A DNA stretch of 64,000 nucleotides, taken from assembly GCA_021792235.1 (NCBI GenBank), contig JAJYVC010000001.1, positions 752 through 64,751 on the forward strand, read 5' to 3'. The notes below the pieces were generated by a model. The model saw only the letters and a program-made list of their open reading frames with translations, was not told where the DNA came from and ran no database searches. Below, piece by piece: positions 52,750 through 62,318 of the stretch; position 1 is the stretch's first letter, and each line of letters opens with the position of its first letter. Both the position numbers and the translations under genes were made by a program. The stretch is from Candidatus Micrarchaeota archaeon. GTDB taxonomy: Archaea > Micrarchaeota > Micrarchaeia > Micrarchaeales > CABMGC01.

Positions 52750-53448
52750 TCAGGTCTGGTCATCGAAGACTCTCTTGCTTCTTATGTCAGAGCTTGCATC
52801 CTCCATATCCTTTATCGTATCGACGCCCTTGAAGTATGCGTCAGGGAACTTAAGGCCCATCAGTCTGCCTGTCTTGGACAGTTCCACAAATGTCGTGCTC
52901 TCGAGATTACCAGAATCAGGCAGGTGCTCGAATATCCCTTTTGACATGAGATAGACTCCTGAATTCATCCAGTATTCTGGTAGTATTGGCTTCTCCTCGA
53001 ACCTAACTATTCGGTCTCCTTCAAGGTGCGTTATGCCGTAGGTACTCCTAAGAGGCACAAGTGCTATTGCAGCTTTGCATCCGTTTAGCCTCATCCTGCT
53101 CACCTCTATGTTGGTGACATTGTCGCCATTGAGCATGAGAAATGCGTCTTCGTCTTCAAGGAGGTGGTGCGCATTCTTCAGTGCTCCACCAGTCCCAAGC
53201 TGTGTCTTCTCCTCGGAATATTCTATCTCTATGCCAAGAGTGCCCTTTCTATGGTCGAAATAGTCGATTACCTTGTCCTTCAGGTAGCCGACAAGCAACA
53301 CGAAAGATGTTATCCCGTGGGATTTGAGCCACCTTATCTGCCACTCTATTATAGGCCTTCCGGCTACCTCCACAAGTGGTTTCGGCACCGTATCTGTAAG
53401 AGGCCTCAGCCGCTTACCGTATCCGCCTGCGAGTATCACTGCCTTCAT
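52750..53448 (-). CDS. sugar-1-phosphate nucleotidyltransferase (RmlA/ManC/GlmU-N-like)
   Basis: MKAVILAGGYGKRLRPLTDTVPKPL signature and GTGGAL. The track start is 53466; ATG 53448 is more typical. Confidence 0.85.
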   Translation of the reverse strand: MKAVILAGGYGKRLRPLTDTVPKPLVEVAGRPIIEWQIRWLKSHGITSFVLLVGYLKDKVIDYFDHRKGTLGIEIEYSEEKTQLGTGGALKNAHHLLEDEDAFLMLNGDNVTNIEVSRMRLNGCKAAIALVPLRSTYGITHLEGDRIVRFEEKPILPEYWMNSGVYLMSKGIFEHLPDSGNLESTTFVELSKTGRLMGLKFPDAYFKGVDTIKDMEDASSDIRSKRVFDDQT

Positions 53449-53452
53449 AAAG

Positions 53453-54067
53453 TCATTCCCTTGCACTATCTATGAATTCCGATAATATCTTTATAAATTC
53501 CTTAGGTCTGCCGATATAGCACGCATGTCCTGCTCCCTTGATTATCGCTACTATGCCATTTATGGATTTTATTGCATCCTCATTGAGATATGCCGGTGCC
53601 ACATCATCCTCGCTGCCCCACACTGCAAGAACCTTGGCTCTTATCCTGTTCATAGATATGCTCTTGAGGCTTACTGGAGCAACGATGATGATCCCCGAAA
53701 GCCTGCCGCCAGCAGCCTCAGCGAACTTCAGTGCCGCATGGCAGCTAGCGCTAGATCCTAGTATGAACAACTTGCCCTTTACCGATGAAGAGAGTGCATC
53801 AAGGAACGATACGAGATCATTCTCGCCCATAGCAAGCCTGTTTACACTGTGCGGAAAACCCGGCACATCTACGGCAACCACGCTCAAATCCATATCCCCC
53901 AGCGCGCTGACAAGGCCTATCCTGTCCCACACCATCGAGTTGAAGCTGTAGCCATGCATCATGACAATTGTATCGTCACCTCCAGCCGCATAGTAGTATG
54001 TCAGCTTTATGCCCTTGTGATCAAGGCTCCTCTTCTCCAAGGTCTCCCTTAATATTAAATAATGCAT
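53453..54067 (-). CDS. alpha/beta-hydrolase
   Basis: VMMHGYSF... and a nucleophile-elbow-like ILGSSASCH. About 200 aa. Confidence 0.6.
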   Translation of the reverse strand: MHYLILRETLEKRSLDHKGIKLTYYYAAGGDDTIVMMHGYSFNSMVWDRIGLVSALGDMDLSVVAVDVPGFPHSVNRLAMGENDLVSFLDALSSSVKGKLFILGSSASCHAALKFAEAAGGRLSGIIIVAPVSLKSISMNRIRAKVLAVWGSEDDVAPAYLNEDAIKSINGIVAIIKGAGHACYIGRPKEFIKILSEFIDSARE

Positions 54068-54093
54068 ATAATGTGTATATTAATAGGTTTAAC

Positions 54094-55152
54094 ATGGACA
54101 TAGAGTCAAAGATCAAGTTGATAAAATCGGAACCACTTGAAGAGGTGATAACCGAAAACGATCTAAAGGAGCTGCTCGAAACCAATCCTCATCCAAAGCA
54201 CTACATCGGAATAGAGATAAGTGGGATGCCGCACATAGGTCACATACTCGTCGCAGGAAAGAAGATAAACGATCTGGCAAAGGCAGGCGCGCAGACGCAG
54301 GTACTGCTTGCAGACTGGCACACTGTGGCCAACAACAAGCTTGGAGGAGACTGGGAGAGGATAGCAAAGGCGTCAAAGTTCTACCGGGAACTGTTTAATG
54401 CTTTCTGCCCAGACACGAAGGTTGTGCTGGGATCCGATTTATATAAGGGCAATGACGAATACTGGAAGCTCGTAGTCCAGATAGCTAGAAGGACAACGAT
54501 AGCCAGGGCGACCCGCACTCTTGTGATACAGGGCCGTAGCGAGAAGGAGACACTTCATGTATCTCAGTATCTTTATCCGATGATGCAGGCTGCAGACATA
54601 CACGCGCTTGACGTTGACATACCTCACGCAGGTATGGATCAGAGGAGGATACACGTGCTTGCAAAAGAGGTCTTCAGTGAGATGAGGATGAAGAAGATAG
54701 TCCCCATACATCATCATCTGCTTCCCAGTCTCCTAGAACCGCCAAAAATCTCCGGTGATGCGCAGAAGGAGGAGATAGTGGCATCAATGAAGATGAGCAA
54801 ATCAAGGCCCGGATCGGCAATACCCATACTTGCTGACAGCGCAGAAGTGAGTTCGATACTCAAGACTGCATGGTGTCCGGAGGGAGTTGTCGAGGAGAAT
54901 CCGGTACTACAGCTGTGCAGGTACGTGATATTTCCAATAAACGGAATGCTGGAGATAGAGCGGCCTGCAAAGTATGGCGGAAATGTGAACTACGGCGCAT
55001 ACGCGGAGCTCGAATCAGATTTCAGAGAAAGAAAGCTTCACCCAGCAGATCTCAAGGTAGCAGTATCAAGCACACTATCATCGATAATGGGGCCGATATA
55101 CGGGAAATTTGGCCACAGGAAGGCCGAGATCTTAGACATGTTCAAGCAGTGA
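54094..55152 (+). CDS. tyrS: tyrosyl-tRNA synthetase (archaeal type)
   Basis: HIGH-type PHIGH and KMSKS. C-terminal AWCPEGVVEENPVLQLCRY...RPAKYGGNVNYGAYAELESDF..KLHPADLK parallels archaeal TyrRS. ATG 54094 is internal to track ORF 53968. Confidence 0.85.
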   Translation: MDIESKIKLIKSEPLEEVITENDLKELLETNPHPKHYIGIEISGMPHIGHILVAGKKINDLAKAGAQTQVLLADWHTVANNKLGGDWERIAKASKFYRELFNAFCPDTKVVLGSDLYKGNDEYWKLVVQIARRTTIARATRTLVIQGRSEKETLHVSQYLYPMMQAADIHALDVDIPHAGMDQRRIHVLAKEVFSEMRMKKIVPIHHHLLPSLLEPPKISGDAQKEEIVASMKMSKSRPGSAIPILADSAEVSSILKTAWCPEGVVEENPVLQLCRYVIFPINGMLEIERPAKYGGNVNYGAYAELESDFRERKLHPADLKVAVSSTLSSIMGPIYGKFGHRKAEILDMFKQ

Positions 55153-55929
55153 TTTTTCCATCCATTCAGCAGCTTTTACAAGGTCCTCAAAGACCATATC
55201 TGGCTTCTCGTTCCTAAGATGGGATTCAAGCCCCATTCCAGATAGGACTACTGCAGAGGCGCATCCCGCATCCTTGGCAGCTCTGATATCAACAACAGTA
55301 TCTCCTACATATATCATATCAGAGGTATCCACGCCGCTCATCTTAGACACAAGCCTTAACCCTTCGCCTGAGGGTTTCAGGGCTGACACGTCTCGCGAGC
55401 TTACTACATGGTCGAATTCAGGCATGAGGTGCTTGAGGTCCCTTTCAATAGTCAGAATGTCAGAATTAGATACTATCGCCATCTTCACCATACTATCCCT
55501 TATCTTGTTAATTGATCTGGCAGCATGCGGATAAACTCTTACAAGCCTATGCGCTTCTGCCGAGGTTGCCGTTCTCACGTATTCATTCACCATCATGCCG
55601 AGCTCATCGTGAGATGGTCTCTCAGTGCACGATTCCATTATTTCGGATATCCTTGATTCTGCATCTGCTTCGTATATCATACTGCACACCTCTGCAAGCC
55701 TTCCAGACTTTGCTATGGAATATATTGTGCTTAGGGAATCCCTCTTGTTGTTGAACTTGGCCATGCCCTTGAAGTGCCATATGTCCTTTATGCCAAAGCA
55801 CCTAGAAAATTCGATGTCAAGATTGACCAGCTTAAGGGATCTGGCATGACATTCGTAGAACAGCCTTGATGCATCCCTGAGCACACCATCAACATCAAGC
55901 GCCACAAGACCTATGTGCTGCATAACCAT
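55132..55929 (-). CDS. HAD-superfamily phosphatase (phosphoglycolate phosphatase-like)
   Basis: Motif I ALDVDGVL, motif II VSNS, motif IV YVGDTVVDIRAAKDAG. Confidence 0.75.
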   Translation of the reverse strand: MVMQHIGLVALDVDGVLRDASRLFYECHARSLKLVNLDIEFSRCFGIKDIWHFKGMAKFNNKRDSLSTIYSIAKSGRLAEVCSMIYEADAESRISEIMESCTERPSHDELGMMVNEYVRTATSAEAHRLVRVYPHAARSINKIRDSMVKMAIVSNSDILTIERDLKHLMPEFDHVVSSRDVSALKPSGEGLRLVSKMSGVDTSDMIYVGDTVVDIRAAKDAGCASAVVLSGMGLESHLRNEKPDMVFEDLVKAAEWMEKSLLEHV

Positions 55930-56060
55930 ATGACACAGCCAAAATAATTAACCCTTGCGCACGTATGCTAAATTCCAAAGCCCTCGGCAATCCATAGCAT
56001 CATGCAGGTATAGTACTCTTTTTATTTCTTTTCTAACAGTATATAGTTGGCGATATCTTC

Positions 56061-57128
56061 ATGGCTGAAGTGTTATCACAGGACGACGAGGAGCTCCTTA
56101 AGTTTATCGAATCTGCAAAGCCCAAGATATATGTAGTTGGTGCAGGTGGAAGCGGCTCAAATACTGCAACAAGGATGTCAGAGCTCAACATAGAGGGAGC
56201 ATCAATAGTCGCCATGAACACAGACGCGCCACATCTTGCACGCACCAAGTCGCACAGGAAGATCCTGCTGGGCAAGAAGACGACAAGGGGGCTCGGCGCA
56301 GGCAGCGATCCAAAGGTCGGGGAGGAGTCTGCGCTTGAGAGCAAGGAGGACATAAGACACATATTGGGAGATGCGCAGCTGGTATTTGTTACATGCGGAC
56401 TTGGCGGAGGCACCGGCACAGGATCCGCTCCGATAATAGCACACGAATCAAAGGAGCTCGGCGCGCTGACCGTCGGGGTCGTCACGCTGCCTTTCACAAG
56501 TGAGGGTAAGCCTAGGATGAGAAACGCCCTGGAGGGGCTCTCAAGGCTCAAGCGATCAACCGATACTACAATAATAATACCCAATGACAAACTCCTTGCC
56601 GTGGCTCCCGATCTGCCGCTCAACATGGCATTCAAGATAAGCGACGAGATACTGTCTAATGCAACAAAGGGCATAATAGAGATGGTGACGAAGCCCGGCA
56701 TGGTGAACCTGGACTTCGCCGACCTGAGAAGCGTGCTCAAGGATTCTGGTTATGCAGTAATAGGTATGGGGGAAGCAAACTCATCCCAGACCAGCGATAG
56801 GGCCGTAATAGCGCTAGAGAACACGCTGAAGAGTCCATTACTCGATGTAGATATATCAACTGCAAAAAAAGCGCTAGTCAACATAGTGGGGGGAGAGGAC
56901 CTCACCCTTAGGGAAGCTGAGAGCATATTCCAGAGCGTATCTAGTCGTATAAGTCCAGATGCATTGCTAAAGTGGGGTGCAAGGATAGAGCCGAAGATGC
57001 AGAAGAGCACCCTGAAGGTCATGGTGGTACTCAGCGGCGTTGAGTTTGCAGACTACAGCGACGAAGGGATAAGGAAGAAGGTAGACGAGAATCAGGACGT
57101 AGACCTGGATAAGATATTCGATGAGTAA
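56061..57128 (+). CDS. ftsZ: cell division GTPase FtsZ
   Basis: GAGGSGSN, tubulin signature GLGGGTGTGSAP, NDKLL. Confidence 0.95.
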   Translation: MAEVLSQDDEELLKFIESAKPKIYVVGAGGSGSNTATRMSELNIEGASIVAMNTDAPHLARTKSHRKILLGKKTTRGLGAGSDPKVGEESALESKEDIRHILGDAQLVFVTCGLGGGTGTGSAPIIAHESKELGALTVGVVTLPFTSEGKPRMRNALEGLSRLKRSTDTTIIIPNDKLLAVAPDLPLNMAFKISDEILSNATKGIIEMVTKPGMVNLDFADLRSVLKDSGYAVIGMGEANSSQTSDRAVIALENTLKSPLLDVDISTAKKALVNIVGGEDLTLREAESIFQSVSSRISPDALLKWGARIEPKMQKSTLKVMVVLSGVEFADYSDEGIRKKVDENQDVDLDKIFDE

Positions 57129-57321
57129 GATGAAACTTGATCCTGTAGGAAGTGTCAGAACATTCATATCGGATTCCAAGCATGTAATGAGCGTAAGCTA
57201 CAAGCCTGACATGAGCACCTTCAAAAGGACCCTCAAGGTGGTGCTTGTAGGCATACTGCTTCTTGGGATCCTCGGTTTCATAATCTACCTTATAATAAAC
57301 AACATTGTGCTCGTACCATAA
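57121..57321 (+). CDS. secE: protein translocase subunit SecE/Sec61-gamma
   Basis: 66 aa with a single C-terminal TM (LKVVLVGILLLGILGFIIYLI). Conserved ftsZ-secE adjacency, overlapping the ftsZ stop. Confidence 0.75.
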   Translation: MSKMKLDPVGSVRTFISDSKHVMSVSYKPDMSTFKRTLKVVLVGILLLGILGFIIYLIINNIVLVP

Positions 57322-57371
57322 CCATCTGATTCGGTGCATCTCTGTTTTCACAATCTGTTTAGGTGTAGTTC

Positions 57372-58145
57372 ATGAGGATAAAGATAGATTATACGATATC
57401 TGCCCAGGACAACGCCGATCAGTACTTCAGGCTCTCAAAGAAGCTGAAGAGGAAGGCCGAGGGTGCAAGTGCAGCCATAATGGACCTCGAGGGAAAGAAG
57501 AGCCGGGCCGTAGCTAGGCCATCGGAAAGGAAGGTCAGTATAAGAAAGATAACTGAAAGGAAATGGTACGAGAAGTTCAACTGGTTCAATTCGAGCAATG
57601 GCATGCTTGCAATAGGTGGCAGAAGTGCGCTGCAGAACGAGCTCATAAACTCAAGGTATTTCGATTCGAATGACCTGTTCTTCCACGCAGACGTGTTCGG
57701 CGCCTCTGTAGTGGTGCTCAAGTATGGCACAAAGGCGACAAGGGAGATACGTGAGGAGGCAGCACAGTTTGCAGCGTGCTACTCAAAGGCATGGGAGGGG
57801 GGATCATCTTCTGTGAACGTCTATGCGCTGAGGAGGGAGCAGGTCTCCAAGTCAAAGGAGAAGGGCTCACTGGGCACAGGCAGCTTCCTCCTAGAGGGCG
57901 AGAGGGAATGGTTCAAGGGCGTAGCGCTTGAACTCTGCGCCTTTTCATCTGAAAGTGGCATTCCTGCCGTTGTGCCGGTGTCTACATGCATGTCGCTTGG
58001 AATAAGGAGATACTTACTTATAAAGCCCGGAAACACCAAGAAGTCCGACGCAGCCAAGCTCATAGCATCAAGGCTCAAATTCAGTGACATAGATTATGTG
58101 ATGCAGCATCTTCCTCCTGGCGGGTTTTCAATCAAAGAGACATGA
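57372..58145 (+). CDS. NFACT-R (DUF814) domain protein, short form lacking NFACT-N
   Basis: NADQYFRLSKKLKRK...KWYEKFNWFNSSNGMLAIGGRSALQNELI...LFFHADVFGASVVVLK...EAAQFAACYSKAW. Confidence 0.7.
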   Translation: MRIKIDYTISAQDNADQYFRLSKKLKRKAEGASAAIMDLEGKKSRAVARPSERKVSIRKITERKWYEKFNWFNSSNGMLAIGGRSALQNELINSRYFDSNDLFFHADVFGASVVVLKYGTKATREIREEAAQFAACYSKAWEGGSSSVNVYALRREQVSKSKEKGSLGTGSFLLEGEREWFKGVALELCAFSSESGIPAVVPVSTCMSLGIRRYLLIKPGNTKKSDAAKLIASRLKFSDIDYVMQHLPPGGFSIKET

Positions 58146-58150
58146 TTTGA

Positions 58151-59383
58151 ATGGGCATCTTTTTGGGTAGGAAAGACAATGTCGATCCCGTTGACGTGAG
58201 TGCGCTTGCCGTAACCCTCGACTTGGCTTTCGCCAAGGAGATGGGGCCTCTCGAACCAAGGGCATCGGCGATATTGGTGGATCTTCACGTAGCAAAGGAG
58301 AGGTTCCTTCAGGCGTGCTACGAATTCGAAAAGCTTGACGCAGAGCCGTACACCGAGGATCTGTGGATGCCCAACATAAACTCTATAAAGAGCCAGAAGG
58401 CGCAGTACGCATCCGCTCTCACTGAGGCTGCAAAGGATCTCAGCTTAGACGCAGACAAATCCATTGATGTATACGGCAGGTACAGCCGCATCCTGTCCAA
58501 TGTAGAAGCAATGATAGGCAATGTGCTGAAGACAAACGCCAAGTTCAAACAATCCTTCTACTGCTACTCAAAGTACCTTGGCAATTTCAAGAAGGCCTAC
58601 GCCTCCCTCGAACGTCTGGAGTCAACTCTCCGGTCAGAGCTCGACAGGAAGTCGGCAGGGTTTCAGAAGTATAGTGCATTACGGAGTGATATAACGGCTC
58701 TGCAGTCCAGCATCGAAGAACTCGATGTGCTAAGGGAAGGCATATCTGCAATGAAGGCAGGCGCAACGGACGAAAAAAATTCATCCCTTGCAGGTGCCGA
58801 AGCTGATACCATGAAGAAACTAGCAGAAAAGGAATCCGAGCTGTCAGTGACTGCTTTAGAAGGCTCAGAGGTGCTAAGGAAGATAAATCTGCTAACAGCA
58901 CCTCTGGCGAGACCTTCCAGAAAGCTTGACCACATGACGGTAAGAAGAAGGTCTCTCAACGCGTTCGTAGAGGATCCGTTGGGAGCGATAAAGAGCGAGA
59001 AGGATTATGCTGAGTTTATTGACCTTTTAAAAGAGCTCAAGAAGAACGTTGAATCAGGGTCAATAGACTCGAAGAACAGAGATGAACTGCTTGGAAACAT
59101 AGCGGTACTAATGGAATCTGACATATACCAGATGCTCATCTCCCTAAAGGACATAGAACTCAAAAAATCAGGAATAAACTTAGAGAAGAGAGAGCTTGAG
59201 AGGATAATTGAGAGGATAAGTGCTGCAAGGAGCGATGTAGAGCAGTCAGGGTTCCAATTGAAGAAGATGGAGAGCGACTATGTTAGAATAGCTGCATCAA
59301 TCAGCAGCCTGAAGTCAGGTATAGAGAAGAGCTTTGCAGATGGCTATGGTATGCGCATCTCGATAATACTAAAAGCCAAATGA
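58151..59383 (+). CDS. hypothetical coiled-coil protein
   Basis: 410 aa, long heptad-like Leu/Glu/Lys-rich stretches. Starts 5 nt after the NFACT-R gene. Confidence 0.5.
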   Translation: MGIFLGRKDNVDPVDVSALAVTLDLAFAKEMGPLEPRASAILVDLHVAKERFLQACYEFEKLDAEPYTEDLWMPNINSIKSQKAQYASALTEAAKDLSLDADKSIDVYGRYSRILSNVEAMIGNVLKTNAKFKQSFYCYSKYLGNFKKAYASLERLESTLRSELDRKSAGFQKYSALRSDITALQSSIEELDVLREGISAMKAGATDEKNSSLAGAEADTMKKLAEKESELSVTALEGSEVLRKINLLTAPLARPSRKLDHMTVRRRSLNAFVEDPLGAIKSEKDYAEFIDLLKELKKNVESGSIDSKNRDELLGNIAVLMESDIYQMLISLKDIELKKSGINLEKRELERIIERISAARSDVEQSGFQLKKMESDYVRIAASISSLKSGIEKSFADGYGMRISIILKAK

Positions 59384-59392
59384 AGAGCTGCA

Positions 59393-59914
59393 TCAATGCG
59401 TCTTCGCACGCTCTATTGCCTTGTTTATATACTCGTGGGCTTTTGCTGCAGACTCCCAGCCCTCGAGTTTGACCCACTTCCCAGGCTCGACGCTCTTGTA
59501 GTATGAATAGAAGTGCACTATCTTTGTCTTTACTGACTCGTTGAGGTCCTTCACGTCTTTGATGCTTGACATCTCAGGATCGACCTTGTCGATTGGCACG
59601 GCCATAACCTTCGTGTCAACTCCTTCCTCGTCCTTCATTAGCAGGACTCCTATCGGCCTCACCATCACAGTTGTGCCACTGTTGAATGCTGTAGCGCTAA
59701 TCACCATTATGTCAAGGGGATCACCATCCTCTCCCAAGGTGCCAGGTACGAAACCGTAATTATACGGGTATGACATCAATGTGTACAGTATCCTGTCAAC
59801 CTTTATCAGACCGGTCTCTTCATCAAGCTCGTATTTCACTCCGCTGCCCTTTGGTATCTCTATGAATGCGCGCACCTTGTCTGGCGCACCCTTTCCGGCA
59901 TCTATCTTAAGCAT
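59393..59914 (-). CDS. ppa: inorganic pyrophosphatase (family I)
   Basis: IEIPKGSGVKYELD, YPYNYGFVPGTLGEDGDPLDIMV. Confidence 0.92.
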   Translation of the reverse strand: MLKIDAGKGAPDKVRAFIEIPKGSGVKYELDEETGLIKVDRILYTLMSYPYNYGFVPGTLGEDGDPLDIMVISATAFNSGTTVMVRPIGVLLMKDEEGVDTKVMAVPIDKVDPEMSSIKDVKDLNESVKTKIVHFYSYYKSVEPGKWVKLEGWESAAKAHEYINKAIERAKTH

Positions 59915-59977
59915 GGCAATACACCAGATACTCTTTCCCCAAGAAAGATTTAAAGCCTTTTTGTGGCCAATATCAAT

Positions 59978-61597
59978 ATGCAGACAAAATATATCGTTGT
60001 CTTAGGCTCGCTCATGAGCGGATTGGGGAAGGGAGTTGTGACGGGATCAATCCTGCGCATACTGGATTTCTACAATTACAAGGCTCTGCCGGTAAAGTTC
60101 GATGGCTACCTCAACTTCGATTGCGGTACAATGAATCCCTATCAGCACGGCGAGGTTTTCGTGCTTGACGACAGTAGCGAGGTCGATATGGACTTCGGCA
60201 TATATGAACGGTTCCTTGGAAAGAGCCTCACTGGGGATCTATCGATAACCGGTGGGAAGCTGTTCGGTTCAGTGATATCTAAGGAGAGGCAGGGCAAGTA
60301 TCTGGGCGAAACGGTGCAGATAATACCGCATCTCACTGACCAGATAATAAAAAACATAGAATCAATAGCGACTGGCAAGAAGCCTGACGTCATGGTCATT
60401 GAAGTAGGTGGTACTGTGGGTGACATAGAGAACAGTTACTTCATAGAGGCCATGAGGCAGCTTTCACTCAAGCATGAGGTCGTATTCATAAATCTCACGT
60501 ATCTACCAACCCTTGACGTAGTTGGAGAGCAGAAGACCAAGCCGGCACAGATAGGCTTCAGGCTCCTGTTACAGGACGGCATACGATCAAACTTCATAAT
60601 ATGCAGGACCGCATCCAAGTTGCTTGAAAGCACCAAGGAGAAGCTCGCTCTGTTTGCAAACCTCAGCAAGGACAGGATAATAGATGACCAAGATCAGCTG
60701 ACTCTGTACAATCTTCCGCTCCACTTCATGGATCTCGGATTCGATAGGTTGCTTATAAAGGATCTTGGTCTCAAGCCGAGGGACCCCAATGCTGCCAAGA
60801 TAAGGTTGTGGAAGGAGAATGTCGGCAGGACCGTGTCTCCAAAAGGCGAGGTAAACATAGCACTGGTTGGGAAGTATACGCACCTCAGGGACTCCTATGC
60901 AAGCGTAAAAGAAGCGATAATACATGCCGCGGCCAAGAACGACGTCAGAGCAAACATAGATTGGATAGAATCATCTGATTTCGAGGGAGGCAGGGGTGAT
61001 TATAGCAGCTTCAAAAGCACAGATGCCATAATAGTCACTGGAGGGTTTGGGAGCAGGGGTACCGAAGGAATGATAAACATAATAGAGCATGCGAGGAAGA
61101 ACAGGATCCCCTACCTTGGCCTGTGCCTGGGCATGCAGCTAATGGCTGTTGAGTATGCAAGGAATGTTGCCGGCCTACCCGGAGCAAATTCGGCGGAGTT
61201 CGACAGCAGTGCAAGGCATAAGATCATAGTGCTTCTTGATTCGCAGAAAAGGATTACTGCAAAAGGCGGCACAATGAGGCTGGGGGCGCAGGAGTGCGTT
61301 CTCATAGAGAAGAGCTCAATTGCAAGGGCCGCCTACAAGGCCAACAGCATAAGTGAACGGCACAGGCACAGATACGAGTTCAACAATAAATATGCACCTA
61401 TACTAAAGAAGGCCGGATTGAGAATAACTGGGGTAACAAGGGACAGGAAGCTTGTAGAATTCATAGAGTGGAGAACTGGATTTGGGATAGGCACACAGTC
61501 GCATCCAGAGCTGAAGTCGCGCTTCGAGGCTCCAGCACCGCTCTTCGCAAGCCTTATACATGAGGCCAAGAGTAGGCATGCGCATCCAAGCTCTTAA
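59978..61597 (+). CDS. pyrG: CTP synthase
   Basis: MQTKYIVVLGSLMSGLGKG, GGTVGDIE, glutaminase GLCLGMQ and HRHRYE. The track start is TTG 59963. Confidence 0.95.
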   Translation: MQTKYIVVLGSLMSGLGKGVVTGSILRILDFYNYKALPVKFDGYLNFDCGTMNPYQHGEVFVLDDSSEVDMDFGIYERFLGKSLTGDLSITGGKLFGSVISKERQGKYLGETVQIIPHLTDQIIKNIESIATGKKPDVMVIEVGGTVGDIENSYFIEAMRQLSLKHEVVFINLTYLPTLDVVGEQKTKPAQIGFRLLLQDGIRSNFIICRTASKLLESTKEKLALFANLSKDRIIDDQDQLTLYNLPLHFMDLGFDRLLIKDLGLKPRDPNAAKIRLWKENVGRTVSPKGEVNIALVGKYTHLRDSYASVKEAIIHAAAKNDVRANIDWIESSDFEGGRGDYSSFKSTDAIIVTGGFGSRGTEGMINIIEHARKNRIPYLGLCLGMQLMAVEYARNVAGLPGANSAEFDSSARHKIIVLLDSQKRITAKGGTMRLGAQECVLIEKSSIARAAYKANSISERHRHRYEFNNKYAPILKKAGLRITGVTRDRKLVEFIEWRTGFGIGTQSHPELKSRFEAPAPLFASLIHEAKSRHAHPSS

Positions 61598-61609
61598 AGC
61601 AGTCTTTGA

Positions 61610-62314
61610 TCAGGTAAGGAATGACTTGAAGAGCATTATGCCCTGCGTGAGTCCTGCTTTTGAGGCCCCACTCTCCCTGAGTCCGAACGAATAAGGCACC
61701 TGGCCTATCGAGACGCTGCCGCTCCTATTACATTTTAGAAAATCGTAAAGCACCTTGTACCCACCACCTATGAATCTGCCTCTGTTCTCATTGTACTTTT
61801 TTGTGAACAGCCTCCGGTCTACGCCGAAGAAGCCAGAGAATATGTCATTGCATCTGCTCCTGCCTGTTGCCACAAGGATGGCGTAGCCGATCCCCATAAG
61901 CACCATCGATACAATCTTCCTATGGAGTTCCCATCCCTTTACCGATGATCTTATTGCTACTACAAGTCCATGGCCTTCGGATAGCCCCTTCGATATCCTT
62001 CCCACTATCTCCGGCGGATGCTGGAGGTCAGCATCCATTACTATCACGAACCTGGTCCTGCTCTTAAGTATCCCGTCCACTACGCTTGCAGTCAACCCTC
62101 TCTCCCTTCCCGCCTTCTTCCTGTTAAAAAATGAGACATTGCTATTTAGCTTAGATGCTGCAGACACTGCCATTTCAGTCCTATCGGTCGATCCATCATC
62201 CATCACCATAATGCGTATGCCATGGTATCTTCTAATGAGCCTTCTCACGAGGATGCCTATCGTCCCTTCCTCGTTGAGGGTTGGAAGCACAATAGTGAAA
62301 TCGCGGTAATCCAT
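61610..62314 (-). CDS. family 2 glycosyltransferase (dolichyl-phosphate hexose synthase-like)
   Basis: FTIVLPTLNEEGTI, VMDDGSTDRT, MDADLQHPP. Confidence 0.85.
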   Translation of the reverse strand: MDYRDFTIVLPTLNEEGTIGILVRRLIRRYHGIRIMVMDDGSTDRTEMAVSAASKLNSNVSFFNRKKAGRERGLTASVVDGILKSRTRFVIVMDADLQHPPEIVGRISKGLSEGHGLVVAIRSSVKGWELHRKIVSMVLMGIGYAILVATGRSRCNDIFSGFFGVDRRLFTKKYNENRGRFIGGGYKVLYDFLKCNRSGSVSIGQVPYSFGLRESGASKAGLTQGIMLFKSFLT

Positions 62315-62318
62315 AAAA

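Noticed and set aside
56033-56740. 235-aa minus-strand ORF
   Set aside because: Antisense to ftsZ, whose tubulin signature is unambiguous. Ser/Pro/Leu-rich shadow frame.
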